A stretch of 64,000 nucleotides of DNA from Nitrospirota bacterium (lineage in GTDB: Bacteria; Nitrospirota; Nitrospiria; Nitrospirales; Nitrospiraceae), in the NCBI GenBank assembly GCA_963703955.1, contig CAVPGK010000016.1:64001-128000 (forward strand). Direction: 5' to 3'. The notes beneath the pieces were generated by a model that worked only from the letters and a program-made list of their open reading frames with translations, ran no database searches and was not told the origin of the DNA. A program made the position numbers and the translations under genes. Within the stretch, counting starts at the first letter, position 1. Each line of letters starts with the position of its first letter. Shown here in pieces: positions 38,659 to 48,366 of the stretch.

Positions 38659-39760
38659 CAGGAGAATCAATTAGGTTAAATTGATCAAACGTGTCAACCT
38701 GTTTCAGTGTCCAGTTCAATGCTTCCTTTAATTGTTTCTCCTGAGCTTCCCCGTCGCTACCGGGATTGCTCTGTGGCGAATTCTGTAGCTTGCGATTTAG
38801 CGCATAGAGAGGTTCAGCCGTGCGCTTGTCGGGCAACTTCCCTAGCGCCCAGACCACCTCGGTCTTGACGGCCAGGTCATCCGTGTTCAACGCCTGAAGC
38901 AACGGCTCGATAATCGAAAAGTCCCCGTGGAGCGCTCCCACCTGACCTAATCCCTTGGCTGCCGCGGCTTGAAGTTCCGGTTTGCCTGTCTTCAGTGTGT
39001 CGACCAGAGCCGCGATGCTCTCCTTCTGACCGATGTTCCCTAGAGCAACTGCCGAGGCTTTCGCAATGTTGACATCGGGATCTTTGAGCGCGATCAGCAG
39101 ACGCGGGACGGCTTCCGTCGCGAAGATCTCACCAAGCAGGTTGATGATTTTCACCTTTTCGGCCGGCGCAGTGGCCGGGTTATCCAAGAGTTTGAGTAAC
39201 CGCGCCTCCTGTCCCCATTCAGCGGTTAAGAGCAGGGCAAACGGGTATTCCTCGAGCCGGTCCCTCAATTTGGCCATGGCATAGTTCCCGGGATCGCCTG
39301 CCTGGGCCGTCGCTGCAGCCTGTCGCGCATCCTGAAAGTCGGTTCTCACTTCTTTTCGCCATCCCATCTTTTTACCGTCCAACAGGTAAAGAAATTGGCA
39401 GGCCGGCCCCTTCCACACGCGTGAGGGAGAGTCAGGTAGGTCGGCATCGCCTCCTGAGCGGGTCGTGCCTTCCCATACCTTTTGCTGCTCGCATTTCACT
39501 CTGAAGATCACGTCATGCGGCTGCTCCGGGTTGGTGACTACGGTGTAGCCGACCATCTTCATGCGCTGGGCGACGGTATCAGCCAGCGGTCCGGGTTCTT
39601 GGGTTCCTTTCTCCGTAATGGCGAGGACCTCCACCAGCACGCGCTCCACTTTCTCCAATTTCTCTTTCTGCTCCTGGGTGAATGACTCCCGCCGCGCAAG
39701 AGTCTCATCGGCGGCCACGCAGACACCCATCAGGAGGAAGAGAGCAATCCATCTGTTCAT
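38645..39760 (-). CDS. Exported HEAT-repeat (PBS lyase-like) protein
   Basis: Signal peptide; repeats AVPRLLIALKD, ALGNIG..ESIAALV, ALGKL.DKR..EPL. Confidence 0.85.
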   Translation of the reverse strand: MNRWIALFLLMGVCVAADETLARRESFTQEQKEKLEKVERVLVEVLAITEKGTQEPGPLADTVAQRMKMVGYTVVTNPEQPHDVIFRVKCEQQKVWEGTTRSGGDADLPDSPSRVWKGPACQFLYLLDGKKMGWRKEVRTDFQDARQAAATAQAGDPGNYAMAKLRDRLEEYPFALLLTAEWGQEARLLKLLDNPATAPAEKVKIINLLGEIFATEAVPRLLIALKDPDVNIAKASAVALGNIGQKESIAALVDTLKTGKPELQAAAAKGLGQVGALHGDFSIIEPLLQALNTDDLAVKTEVVWALGKLPDKRTAEPLYALNRKLQNSPQSNPGSDGEAQEKQLKEALNWTLKQVDTFDQFNLIDSPVRAV

Positions 39761-39864
39761 GCTATGCCTCCGATGCAGCGACCTCTCTCTCACTTTACCG
39801 AAGCCAAATGGCCGTGGCAAGATGATGGATTGAAGCATCCTCAAGGCCTGGTTATAATTCCGCA

Positions 39865-40686
39865 ATGCAATTGAAGCGACGGATTGCGTTTATCGGCTCA
39901 GGCAACATGACCGAAGCGCTCGTGGCCGGGCTATTGAAAGCCGGGGTCTCCCTGTCTGGCGAGCTTTACGCCACCGATATCGTTCCCGAGCGCCACGTTC
40001 ATTTCAAGACCCGATATGGAATCAAGGTCGGTGGCCGAAACAGTGACGCCGCTGCCTGGGGTCATATCGTCATCCTGTCCGTCGAGCCTCAGATCCTCGA
40101 TAAGGTGCTGGCGGAAATTCGTCCGACCTTGCGGGCGGACAGCCTGGTCATCTCGGTGGCCGCCGGGTATCCCATCGCCAGAGCTACCGCCTACCTCACG
40201 TCCACCACACGAATTGTCCGCGCCATGCCGAACACCACCTCCACGGTGCTCGAAGGTGTCACTGCGTTGTCCTTCGGACCCGGTCTGTCGGAAGACGATA
40301 GACAGGCCGCACGGGTCATTTTTGAATCGGTTGGGAAGGTCGTCCTGGTGGAGGAACATTTAATGGATGTCGTCACGGGGCTGAGCGGGAGCGGACCGGC
40401 GTATGTGTATGTCCTGATCGAAGCCTTGGCGGATGGCGGCGTCAAGATGGGGCTGCCGCGTGCGACGGCGGAACTCCTCGCGGCGCAGACCGCCCTGGGC
40501 GCCGCACGCATGGTTCTCGAAAGCGGTGAGCACCCGGGCCGCCTGAAGGATCGCGTCGCCTCACCAGGGGGCACGACCATCTCGGGCATTCATCGGTTGG
40601 AGGAAGGGAGGCTCAGAGCCACTCTCATGGATGCCGTAGAAGCGGCCACGAAACGGTCACGGGAACTTGGCGACACCAAGCAGTAA
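39865..40686 (+). CDS. proC: Pyrroline-5-carboxylate reductase
   Basis: IAFIGSGNM, ISVAAG, VRAMPNT, TGLSGSGPAY, LKDRVASPGGTTI. Confidence 0.96.
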   Translation: MQLKRRIAFIGSGNMTEALVAGLLKAGVSLSGELYATDIVPERHVHFKTRYGIKVGGRNSDAAAWGHIVILSVEPQILDKVLAEIRPTLRADSLVISVAAGYPIARATAYLTSTTRIVRAMPNTTSTVLEGVTALSFGPGLSEDDRQAARVIFESVGKVVLVEEHLMDVVTGLSGSGPAYVYVLIEALADGGVKMGLPRATAELLAAQTALGAARMVLESGEHPGRLKDRVASPGGTTISGIHRLEEGRLRATLMDAVEAATKRSRELGDTKQ

Positions 40687-40767
40687 AGAAGCCTTGCCCC
40701 GCCCGTGACGATCCAGTAGACTCCCTCGCCAGATTTGTGACGTTCCCTACCTATGGAGAGGTGACGC

Positions 40768-40962
40768 GTGGTCTATTGGGTCAAGGTCGTCTTTACCGAT
40801 AATCAGGAACTGTTGGTCAAGGATGCTATTCGACATACGATCAGCGACGACATGGAAGTGCTCGAAGTCGATACTGCCAAAGAAGTCACGATTATCCCCA
40901 TGAAGCAAATCAAGTACATCTCCTGCGATGCCACGGTTTTCGCAGGTAAAACAAAGAGTTAA
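40768..40962 (+). CDS. Small conserved-looking beta-rich protein (64 aa); integration target
   Basis: GAGGTG RBS + GTG; MVYWVKVVFTD...IPMKQIKYISCDATVFAGKTKS. A homologous second 3' end lies at 44581-44636. Confidence 0.8.
   Translation: MVYWVKVVFTDNQELLVKDAIRHTISDDMEVLEVDTAKEVTIIPMKQIKYISCDATVFAGKTKS
40907..40922 (+). repeat. attL core
   Basis: aaatcaagtacatctc, identical to 44581-44596. Confidence 0.8.
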
Positions 40963-41384
40963 TTTTCAGATTCCTCGTTACTCCCGGTTTTACCCCCGGT
41001 TCGCTGCCCGATTTTTCCATCCAGCACCGCGTCCAGCCGATCCACCGCCTGCCTGTTCCCGCCGGGGATGAGATGCCCGTAGATGTCCACCGTCACCCTG
41101 ATCGAGGAGTGTCCGAATTGCTCGGCTATGTATTTCAGGTTTTCGCCATTGGCGATCAACCGTGATGCGAACGTGTGGCGACAGGCATGTAGCGTGAGCC
41201 GTTGGACCTGAGCCCGTCGGAGCAGGGGAAACCAGAGGCGATAGCGCAAGTAGGTCTCCGCTATGTAGTACGGCTGCTGTCGAGTGCCGCCGAGGTTACC
41301 GGGGAAGAGAGTCTCCGGTTGTGGTTCGCCGAGTGCGGCGGCTTCAAGGTCCTGTAGCGCGATCCATTCCTTCAAGGCTTCCAT
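40959..41384 (-). pseudogene. C-terminal fragment of a tyrosine integrase
   Basis: LHACRHTFAS...GENLKYIAEQFGHSSIRVTVDIYGHL (HxxR, GH, catalytic Y); N-terminal and core-binding domains missing. Confidence 0.88.
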
Positions 41385-41553
41385 GACTTATGAGCCGGAA
41401 CGCGTCGTCCAGGCAGTGGTCGATTACTGGCGATCCCGTGCACTCCAGGCCGAAACAGACTTGGCGCGAGCGAATAGATGGATTAGTGATGCGACCTGCG
41501 ACATGGATGCCGAGTTGGAGAAGATGGCGCAGGAAATCGAGGGTGAATCATGA
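41383..41553 (+). CDS. Short phage-like hypothetical protein or fragment
   Basis: MTYEPERVVQAVVDYWRSRALQAETDLARANRW...; begins exactly where the integrase fragment breaks off. Confidence 0.4.
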   Translation: MTYEPERVVQAVVDYWRSRALQAETDLARANRWISDATCDMDAELEKMAQEIEGES

Positions 41554-41689
41554 GGGTGAAGCCGACACGACCGAGACCGAAGGGTAAAAAAGATGTCCGA
41601 TCATAACCTGCCTGTACCTATTGAACTCCCGCATCGGTTGTGAGCAAGCTGCTGTCCGTTAGCTCCATCCAGTTGGGCGTCAATTCGTC

Positions 41690-42151
41690 TCACGTCACTG
41701 AGTTCTTGACGAAGTATTGCTCCCACGCGTCCAGTGCTTCCGCCACGAAGTCTTCCGCGGCCACGCGCCGATAGGGAAGCTGAATCTTCAGCCGCCACCA
41801 AGGGCCTGCGCTCGCGGATAGGTGCGCTGGCATGACAGAGACGACCACTTCCGTAGTGGTTGGCGGATGCTTCACGTAGTCAGTGCGTTCCAGGTCGATG
41901 GTAATGTGTTGGCTGGCGTTTGCCAAATCTCGGCACACCCTCAGAGACTCGTGGAGCCCCAACGCATGTGTTACTGGCGTATTCAAATCGGGACGGTAGA
42001 CTTTGATCCAGTCCCACACGTGGTAAGTGGTCACTGCAAAGTTGAAAAGAGCTGAGCGCACGCTGGCCTCGTCCTTAGCGGACAGAGCCGACACCAGAGC
42101 AGCGCCATCTTGCCGAGCCTTGCCAAGTAACTCAGAGGGGGTTGAGTACAC
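41690..42151 (-). CDS. Hypothetical cargo protein (possibly HEPN-like helical fold)
   Basis: AGGAGG RBS + GTG; ALFNFAVTTYHVWDW...CRDLANASQH. Confidence 0.65.
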   Translation of the reverse strand: MYSTPSELLGKARQDGAALVSALSAKDEASVRSALFNFAVTTYHVWDWIKVYRPDLNTPVTHALGLHESLRVCRDLANASQHITIDLERTDYVKHPPTTTEVVVSVMPAHLSASAGPWWRLKIQLPYRRVAAEDFVAEALDAWEQYFVKNSVT

Positions 42152-42431
42152 GGCCTTCAGCCACCTCCTCGCTTCGACATCAAAATAAACGTCAAATATC
42201 GAGTCATAGTAAACTACCCCACTATTGACTGATCGGCATAGCTCCCCTTCCCACCGCGATTACTCTCTCACTAAGTATTATCCGCCCTCAGGTTATGCTT
42301 TTGCCGCAATGAGGGTAATTCATATCCGTGCTCATAGTACAGCCCTCCTATTTTGACAGGTTGTAATTGAGCGGGAGGCTCTGGGACGATGGACGAATGT
42401 CATCACCATCAACCAACGGGAAACTGGTGCC

Positions 42432-42701
42432 ATGCTGAATGATGCGCCCGTGACGATAGCAGTTTGGAATCAGTTGGTGTGTCTGGTGCGGGAGCCTAGC
42501 CAGCGGCGACCAGGCCAGCTTGCCTGGTGGGTCAGGCTCACGTTTGGCACGTTGGTCCCAAAACGGTTCGGGCCCTTTGGCTCGGAGGACGAAGCCATAC
42601 AGGCGTTTGAAGCCATCACCGCCGTTCTCGAAAGGACTCTGAAAGATGCAGCCTGTGATGCCGCGAACTCGGCGGGATATACGTTTGTCGAGGAGGTTTA
42701 G
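42432..42701 (+). CDS. Small hypothetical protein
   Basis: 89-aa ORF downstream of a TTGACA-containing repeat. Confidence 0.5.
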   Translation: MLNDAPVTIAVWNQLVCLVREPSQRRPGQLAWWVRLTFGTLVPKRFGPFGSEDEAIQAFEAITAVLERTLKDAACDAANSAGYTFVEEV

Positions 42702-43116
42702 GCCAACTACGGAGGTCGCACGTTGAAGGATCGCACCGTCAAGGTCTACGTCTCGCGAAGTGAAATAAGGAAAATTCAAACCCGAATACAGCAATTGAAA
42801 TTCAAGAACCGAAGCGCCTATCTGCGATGGCTCCTGGACGCCGAGGTCAAGCAATCCAAGTCAGGCTGCCCCGCGCCCGCATTTGGCTCAGGATGATTGA
42901 TATCCTAGCCCACACTCCAGGGGATGATAGCGTCCGGCTCATCTTAGAGCCTTCCAGGCCCGCCTACACGGCGATATTTTTTGCAGGTACCTGCAATTGC
43001 TGAACGTCATCAGCCGGGCTCTGCCGAAAGCGGACGGCTCCTGTTTTGACAGGTGCTATTGAGCGGGTAGTTGTGATATGCTTATAGGCTTGTGACAATT
43101 AACCGAGGAGACGAGG

Positions 43117-43353
43117 ATGAATACTGTGGCTCATCAGGACATGGAGTTATTGCAGGAAGCCTTTGCCATTATCGACAACAAGTCGGAGCAAGTACCGACG
43201 CGAGAGCATTTGGTCAACCTGCACGCGTACTACTTCCGCAAGCTGGTGAAGATTTACGAAGGCATGCGGAACATACAAATGATTGTCGATGGGCCGGTTT
43301 TGAATTTGACTGCTGAGAGCAACCACACACAAAAGGGGAAGGCGAAGTCATGA
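43117..43353 (+). CDS. Small hypothetical protein
   Basis: GAGGAG RBS; 78-aa ORF downstream of the second repeat copy. Confidence 0.55.
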   Translation: MNTVAHQDMELLQEAFAIIDNKSEQVPTREHLVNLHAYYFRKLVKIYEGMRNIQMIVDGPVLNLTAESNHTQKGKAKS

Positions 43354-43618
43354 ACAGCGTTTGCCGCCAAGACTGCCGTTCTCGACGGGGCGCTGTGGGA
43401 TGAACGGATGTCATCAACCAAAAACGAAGGAGGTCCATGTGCGGTATGCATGGAAGGGTAACCCGAATGATGGCAGAATCCGGCTTTACTTCTCCCCGGA
43501 TGAAATAGCGGGCCGCCAAAGAACGGATGCGGCAACTTGGGATCGGAACGTTCAGCGACTATCTGCGATGGGTGCTGAAGGGCGAGGGTTGCAAAGAGGT
43601 CAGGCGGGAGGTCGATGA

Positions 43619-43807
43619 ATGAGCGTATTCGAGATACTGAGCGGTGAACGAGAGAAGGTCCAGCGGCTACGGGATGCGCTGTCGGACCTCTTGGCCATGT
43701 GCCCGTCGTTGCCCAAACCGGGTACGGGTGCGGAACATATCTGGAATCAGCGAGTCGCCGCCGCTGAGGCCATCATGAAGTTGACGGAAACGAAGCACAA
43801 TGGTTGA
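43619..43807 (+). CDS. Small phage-like hypothetical protein
   Basis: GGAGG RBS; 62 aa, helical (RLRDALSDLL...AAAEAIM). Confidence 0.5.
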   Translation: MSVFEILSGEREKVQRLRDALSDLLAMCPSLPKPGTGAEHIWNQRVAAAEAIMKLTETKHNG

Positions 43808-44054
43808 GCAAACCAACCAGCCCACTCCGCGCACGCAGTTGCCACAGGATTAACGATCAGCATGCAGTCTGCTATCCCTCTCTTTTCAAATCCCCTTCCT
43901 TCCTTCGTGCGATCTCCCTCAACATTTTCCTTGACGGTTTCCTGATAGGACCGCTAGGTTTCTTCGGTAGAGGTAACCGCACCTTCAACTTCCGTTTCAT
44001 GGTTCGATGAATGCTCTAAACTCCGGCGCAAAGCAAAGATAGGGAGATTCTTAA

Positions 44055-44273
44055 ATGCATCAATGGCGCACTCTTAACAATCTTCAATTTCGCCTTGTTT
44101 CTTATGAAAGCCCTGGAACTGGCTGGATTCCTGCGGCTCAGATTCGGGAATCCACTGAAGGCATAGAAACCATAACACCGATTTGTGGCGACACTACTAA
44201 GCCTTTTGCTTCCGAGGAAGAGGCGAATAATGCTGCATTGGCAATGGCGATAGAATGGATGAACTCAAACTGA
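44055..44273 (+). CDS. Small hypothetical protein
   Basis: GGGAG RBS; 72 aa ending F.SEEEAN..A...A..W. Confidence 0.55.
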   Translation: MHQWRTLNNLQFRLVSYESPGTGWIPAAQIRESTEGIETITPICGDTTKPFASEEEANNAALAMAIEWMNSN

Positions 44274-44580
44274 CCACCTACACTTCATGCGACTGCTCTT
44301 GAAGGCGGAGGATCAATCCAAACCGCCTGTCCGGCACACACGGTTAGGATTAACGATCCGGGGATGAGGTGGACGTTGCTTTCTGACGGTCATCCAAGGA
44401 ACCACGTATGAGCATACGTAATTACGTCAGTCCCAGTTTTACTCCCGGTTCAGAGTCGTTTTTAATCACAATTAGGACCCTGTGAGACAGTCTAGGATTG
44501 AGTGAGAATAAGGCTCAAATGTTCTGATAAACCTCTCACTTATAATCTCTCTTAATCCCACTCAATCCCCATGCCTGTCA

Positions 44581-44636
44581 AAATCAAGTACATCTCTTGC
44601 GACGCAACGGTCTTTGCTTCTAAACCAAAGGCGTAG
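44581..44636 (+). repeat. attR core plus displaced 3' end of the 40768 gene
   Basis: Encodes IKYISCDATVFASKPKA* versus IKYISCDATVFAGKTKS* at 40909-40962. Confidence 0.85.
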
Positions 44637-44759
44637 GTTGCGGCCACTTCATTATTACGGTTCAAGTCACGGCTGGAGCCGCGGGCGACGCGCTCACGCA
44701 ATCAGGACTCTCGCCGCAACTGTAACGTGGTCGGCTTGAAAAACTAAGGTCGAGTCTGC

Positions 44760-46109
44760 CTAATCAGTGGACGTGTGAGCGGCGGAGGGATCGAGGGGCA
44801 GGCGAAGATAAAATGTCGTGCCCACACCTTCTTTGCTTTCGACGGTAATCCGGCCTTTATGCGCATCCACGACATCCTTGATAATCTTCATCCCCAATCC
44901 CGTCCCGCCGGCTTTGCGGCTGAAGATACGAGACGTAAACAGACTGTCGCGGACCTCAGGGGGCATCCCTCGTCCGGTGTCGGCGACCGACACGATGACA
45001 TCGCCGGTGGTGCCGTCCACATGCCCTCGAACGGTCACCATGCCGCCTGCAGGCACCTCAGGGATCGCATTGTTCACCAGATTATAGAAGGCATTATAGA
45101 GACGGCGTTCGTCGGCCTGAATAATCGGCAACTGATCCAAATCGTCGCTCAGGAGTCTGACTTTCTTTTCTTCCGCGATCATGCGAAGGATTTTTAATAC
45201 GTTCACAACCACATCAGCTATCCGGCAGGATGTGAACTGAGGCGGCGTGCTGAGACCTTTGACACAATCGGCAATTTCCTTCACACGATCGTTGATGCGT
45301 TGCGCGCCATCACTCACCATCGAAATTACGTCATCGCACAAGGCTTGACTCTCCTGTGCCTTCCCCGCATTGGTCTTCGCGACCTCGACGACGAGATCGT
45401 CAATCTCTGACTTCAGCACTCCGGCGCCGCAGGTAATCGGCATCAACAAGTTCTTGACATCGTGACTGATATCTCCCAGGACACGAGCCACCTCCGCCAG
45501 CTTGACATCCTCTTGCAAGCGCGCATGCTCGATCACCGTTGCCGTGAGCGCGGAAATAATAGACAGGATCGAGAGGTCATCACGGTTGAGCTGTCCTTCT
45601 CGTTTGTTCATCACTTCAATGACCCCGATGGCCTCTCCTTCCCATTGCTTCAACGGCAGCACAATCATGTCTTGCGTCTGATAACCCGTCGCTGAGTCAA
45701 TACTGGGACAATGACGCCCATCCTCTTTGGCGTTTGCAACCACCTCCGGTTCACCCGACTTAAAGACAGAGCCGGCGAGGCCATGATGCCAGGGAATCCC
45801 AGTCCCACGAGCGACAGGCTTTTCCCCGATCGAGTGGCGAAACACCAGTTGCTTTGATTCTCGATCCGCCAGGAGCACAGACCCTGTCTCTGCATTGACG
45901 AGTTCCAACGCAGTGCGTAGGGCGTGCTCAATCAGCTCGTCGACATCGGTATATTGAAAAAGGGCTTGGCAGATATGGCGAACCGCCTCAAGCTCGCGCT
46001 CGCGGGCGCGAAGCCGTCGATCTTGCTGTCTTCGATAGGCGGACCGCCGTTCAGAAGAAGGTGACAAGGGAAAGGGCGCCTGTGTATCGGAAGGCATTAT
46101 CATTACCAA
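44760..46109 (-). CDS. GAF-domain sensor histidine kinase
   Basis: GAF (GLAGSVFKSGEP, IGVIEVMNK); H-box SHDVKNLL; N, G1 and G2 boxes (NLVNNA, DTGRGM, GGTGLG). Confidence 0.93.
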   Translation of the reverse strand: MVMIMPSDTQAPFPLSPSSERRSAYRRQQDRRLRARERELEAVRHICQALFQYTDVDELIEHALRTALELVNAETGSVLLADRESKQLVFRHSIGEKPVARGTGIPWHHGLAGSVFKSGEPEVVANAKEDGRHCPSIDSATGYQTQDMIVLPLKQWEGEAIGVIEVMNKREGQLNRDDLSILSIISALTATVIEHARLQEDVKLAEVARVLGDISHDVKNLLMPITCGAGVLKSEIDDLVVEVAKTNAGKAQESQALCDDVISMVSDGAQRINDRVKEIADCVKGLSTPPQFTSCRIADVVVNVLKILRMIAEEKKVRLLSDDLDQLPIIQADERRLYNAFYNLVNNAIPEVPAGGMVTVRGHVDGTTGDVIVSVADTGRGMPPEVRDSLFTSRIFSRKAGGTGLGMKIIKDVVDAHKGRITVESKEGVGTTFYLRLPLDPSAAHTSTD

Positions 46110-46343
46110 TACGGTATTGGGTGGCTGAAAGGTCTTAGCACCAAGAGTTGGACCGTGACGTAATACTAGTATTTCTTACTGACGAAGGATGGGCAGAAAG
46201 CCTCATCTAGAACCTAAATCAGAAGCTCGACTGTACGCTGTTAACCCTCGGGTTTTCAAGTGGAGACCCCGCCCGTCAGCCTTGACTCTACAAACGGGTA
46301 ATGGCAAGTTTTTTGTCCCAGGGCCTCGTAGCGGAAAAGAGTC

Positions 46344-46706
46344 ATGAAAACGATTCTTGTGATTGACGACGATCGCGACGTGAGAGCCATCATCCGAATG
46401 CGGTTGGAGGCCGCGCGATATCGCATTCTTGAAGCCTCCGATGGCAACGAGGCGTTGGAACTCGCCCAAAATGAGCATCCCGACCTTCTACTCTTGGACA
46501 TGACGATGCCCGGCATAAGCGGCATTGAAGTTGTTGAACGTTTGCGGGGGGATCCGGCAACGGCGCATATTCCCGTGATGTTGATCAGCGGCGCGGAAGA
46601 GATTGCCGATAAACAATTTGCCCTGACCATCAAGGCAAATGATTATCTGGTCAAACCGATCGATGGGAAAGAACTCTTGGAGAGAGTTCGGAGTATTCTG
46701 GGGTAG
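46344..46706 (+). CDS. Single-domain response regulator (CheY-like)
   Basis: ILVIDDD, PDLLLLDMTMPGISG, DYLVKP. Confidence 0.93.
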   Translation: MKTILVIDDDRDVRAIIRMRLEAARYRILEASDGNEALELAQNEHPDLLLLDMTMPGISGIEVVERLRGDPATAHIPVMLISGAEEIADKQFALTIKANDYLVKPIDGKELLERVRSILG

Positions 46707-46710
46707 GGAG

Positions 46711-48366
46711 TTACCGATCGCTTGCTGAAACTCGCTTGGCGAGCCGATGAGCGAGGCGCAACATGGCCGGCGATCGATCCGCAGGATTTAACAGCACATT
46801 CAAAAGATGCAGGCGGTCTTTGTCGGCGAGCGCCGCTTTGAAGGCCTGCACCAATTCACCCTGGGTCGCAACACGATACCCGACGCCCCCTCCGATCAGC
46901 TCACAGGTCTTTTCGTATCGCCATTCATGCACATCGTTAAACGGCCCGTCGAGGATCTCGCGCTCGGTCGAGTATCCCCGGTTGTTGAGAACCACGACGA
47001 TCGGCGCCTGACCGTAGCGGACGCAGGTCGCCAGTTCCGAACCTGTCATCTGAAAGGCGCCGTCGCCCACCAAGACGATCGGCCGCAAGGATGGATCGGC
47101 GAATCCCGCACCTACCGCAGCCGGCACAGCAAAGCCCATAGACGTGTAATAGGCCGGCGACATGAATTCGCTGCGGCTGTGGACACGCAGGTCGGCCCCC
47201 GCAAACAATGACTCCCCGATGTCGGCAATGACCAGCATCTTCTCATCCAACAGCGCTTCCAGATGGCCGAAGAGCCCGCGCAACGTCATGGCTTGGTCCG
47301 GAACGGATGGCTCGACGGAACCGGTGTCGAACGTCGGCAGAGGGCGCGAGGGAAAGGACGGCAGCGGCGCAACCACGAGGGCGCGGATAAAATCTTCAAA
47401 GAACACGCGTTCATACCGGTGGTGTTTGATGGTGATCGCGTCGGCCGTTGCATGGATGGTTCGGCCTGCTCTCATGAGAGGCGAATTCGCATCGAGGTCT
47501 TCGATGTCCGTGAGAATCGAGCCGAGCATGACGAGGCAATCGGCCTCATTCACGAACTTTTGGACTTCGTCACGCCCAACGAGCCCGCCGTAGACCCCAA
47601 CAAAGAGCGGATGGTTTTCGCTGATGACGGATTTTCCCAGGAGGGTCGAGGTCACAGGAATATTCATACGCTCCGCGAGTCGGGACACCTCATCCTGGAG
47701 GTGGAAACGATGCACCTCTGCGCCGACCAACAGGACCGGGTTTTCCACCGCAGCGAGCATGTCTCGCACCTCGGCGACCGCTTCCGCCAACGCGGCCGGA
47801 TCACTGTGCGCATCCGGCTCGGTGTGAGATCTCTGTGAGGATTCGATCGGAGCATGGACGAGATCGCGCGGGATCTCCAAATAGATGGGGCGCTTGTACC
47901 GCACCAGCGCGGCCAGCGCACGGTCGATGGTTCGCTCCGCCGTCAGCGGATCGTCCAGCACGGCGGAGACGACGGTGACCTTTTCGAACACTTCTTTTTG
48001 AGTCGTAAAATCCCGCACCATGTGGTGCAGCAGCGGATTACGAACTCGCTCGGACAGCCCGGGCGATCCTGAGAGGAGGACCACCGGGGACCGCTCCGCA
48101 TAGGCGCATGCGATGGCATTGACGACATTGAGTCCCCCCACGCAATAGGTCACGCACACGGCGCCGATTCCCTTGAGCCGCGCGTAGGCGTCCGCCGCAA
48201 ACCCTGCGCAGTCCTCTCGCGTGGTTCCGATGAGCCGGATGGGAGATTGGTCGATCAATTCGTACAAACTCAGGACATAATCACCTGGGATGCCGAAAAT
48301 ATGCCGGAGCCCTAAGCGGTGCAATCGATCGAGCAGAATTGAGCCGATGGTATTCGTCGAGGGCAT
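46711..48366 (-). CDS. TPP-dependent alpha-keto acid decarboxylase (indolepyruvate/phenylpyruvate decarboxylase family)
   Basis: FGIPGDY, AADAYAR, LLHH, YYTSMGF, GDGAFQMTG...LNNRGY. Confidence 0.9.
   Translation of the reverse strand: MPSTNTIGSILLDRLHRLGLRHIFGIPGDYVLSLYELIDQSPIRLIGTTREDCAGFAADAYARLKGIGAVCVTYCVGGLNVVNAIACAYAERSPVVLLSGSPGLSERVRNPLLHHMVRDFTTQKEVFEKVTVVSAVLDDPLTAERTIDRALAALVRYKRPIYLEIPRDLVHAPIESSQRSHTEPDAHSDPAALAEAVAEVRDMLAAVENPVLLVGAEVHRFHLQDEVSRLAERMNIPVTSTLLGKSVISENHPLFVGVYGGLVGRDEVQKFVNEADCLVMLGSILTDIEDLDANSPLMRAGRTIHATADAITIKHHRYERVFFEDFIRALVVAPLPSFPSRPLPTFDTGSVEPSVPDQAMTLRGLFGHLEALLDEKMLVIADIGESLFAGADLRVHSRSEFMSPAYYTSMGFAVPAAVGAGFADPSLRPIVLVGDGAFQMTGSELATCVRYGQAPIVVVLNNRGYSTEREILDGPFNDVHEWRYEKTCELIGGGVGYRVATQGELVQAFKAALADKDRLHLLNVLLNPADRSPAMLRLAHRLAKRVSASDR

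Larger units (their letters stand above)
40907..44596. mobile_element. Decayed integrative element/prophage remnant (about 3.7 kb)
   Basis: Bounded by a 16-bp direct repeat aaatcaagtacatctc (40907-40922 and 44581-44596); integrase relic at the left end, short phage-like ORFs inside, arm-type repeats near both ends. Confidence 0.85.
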
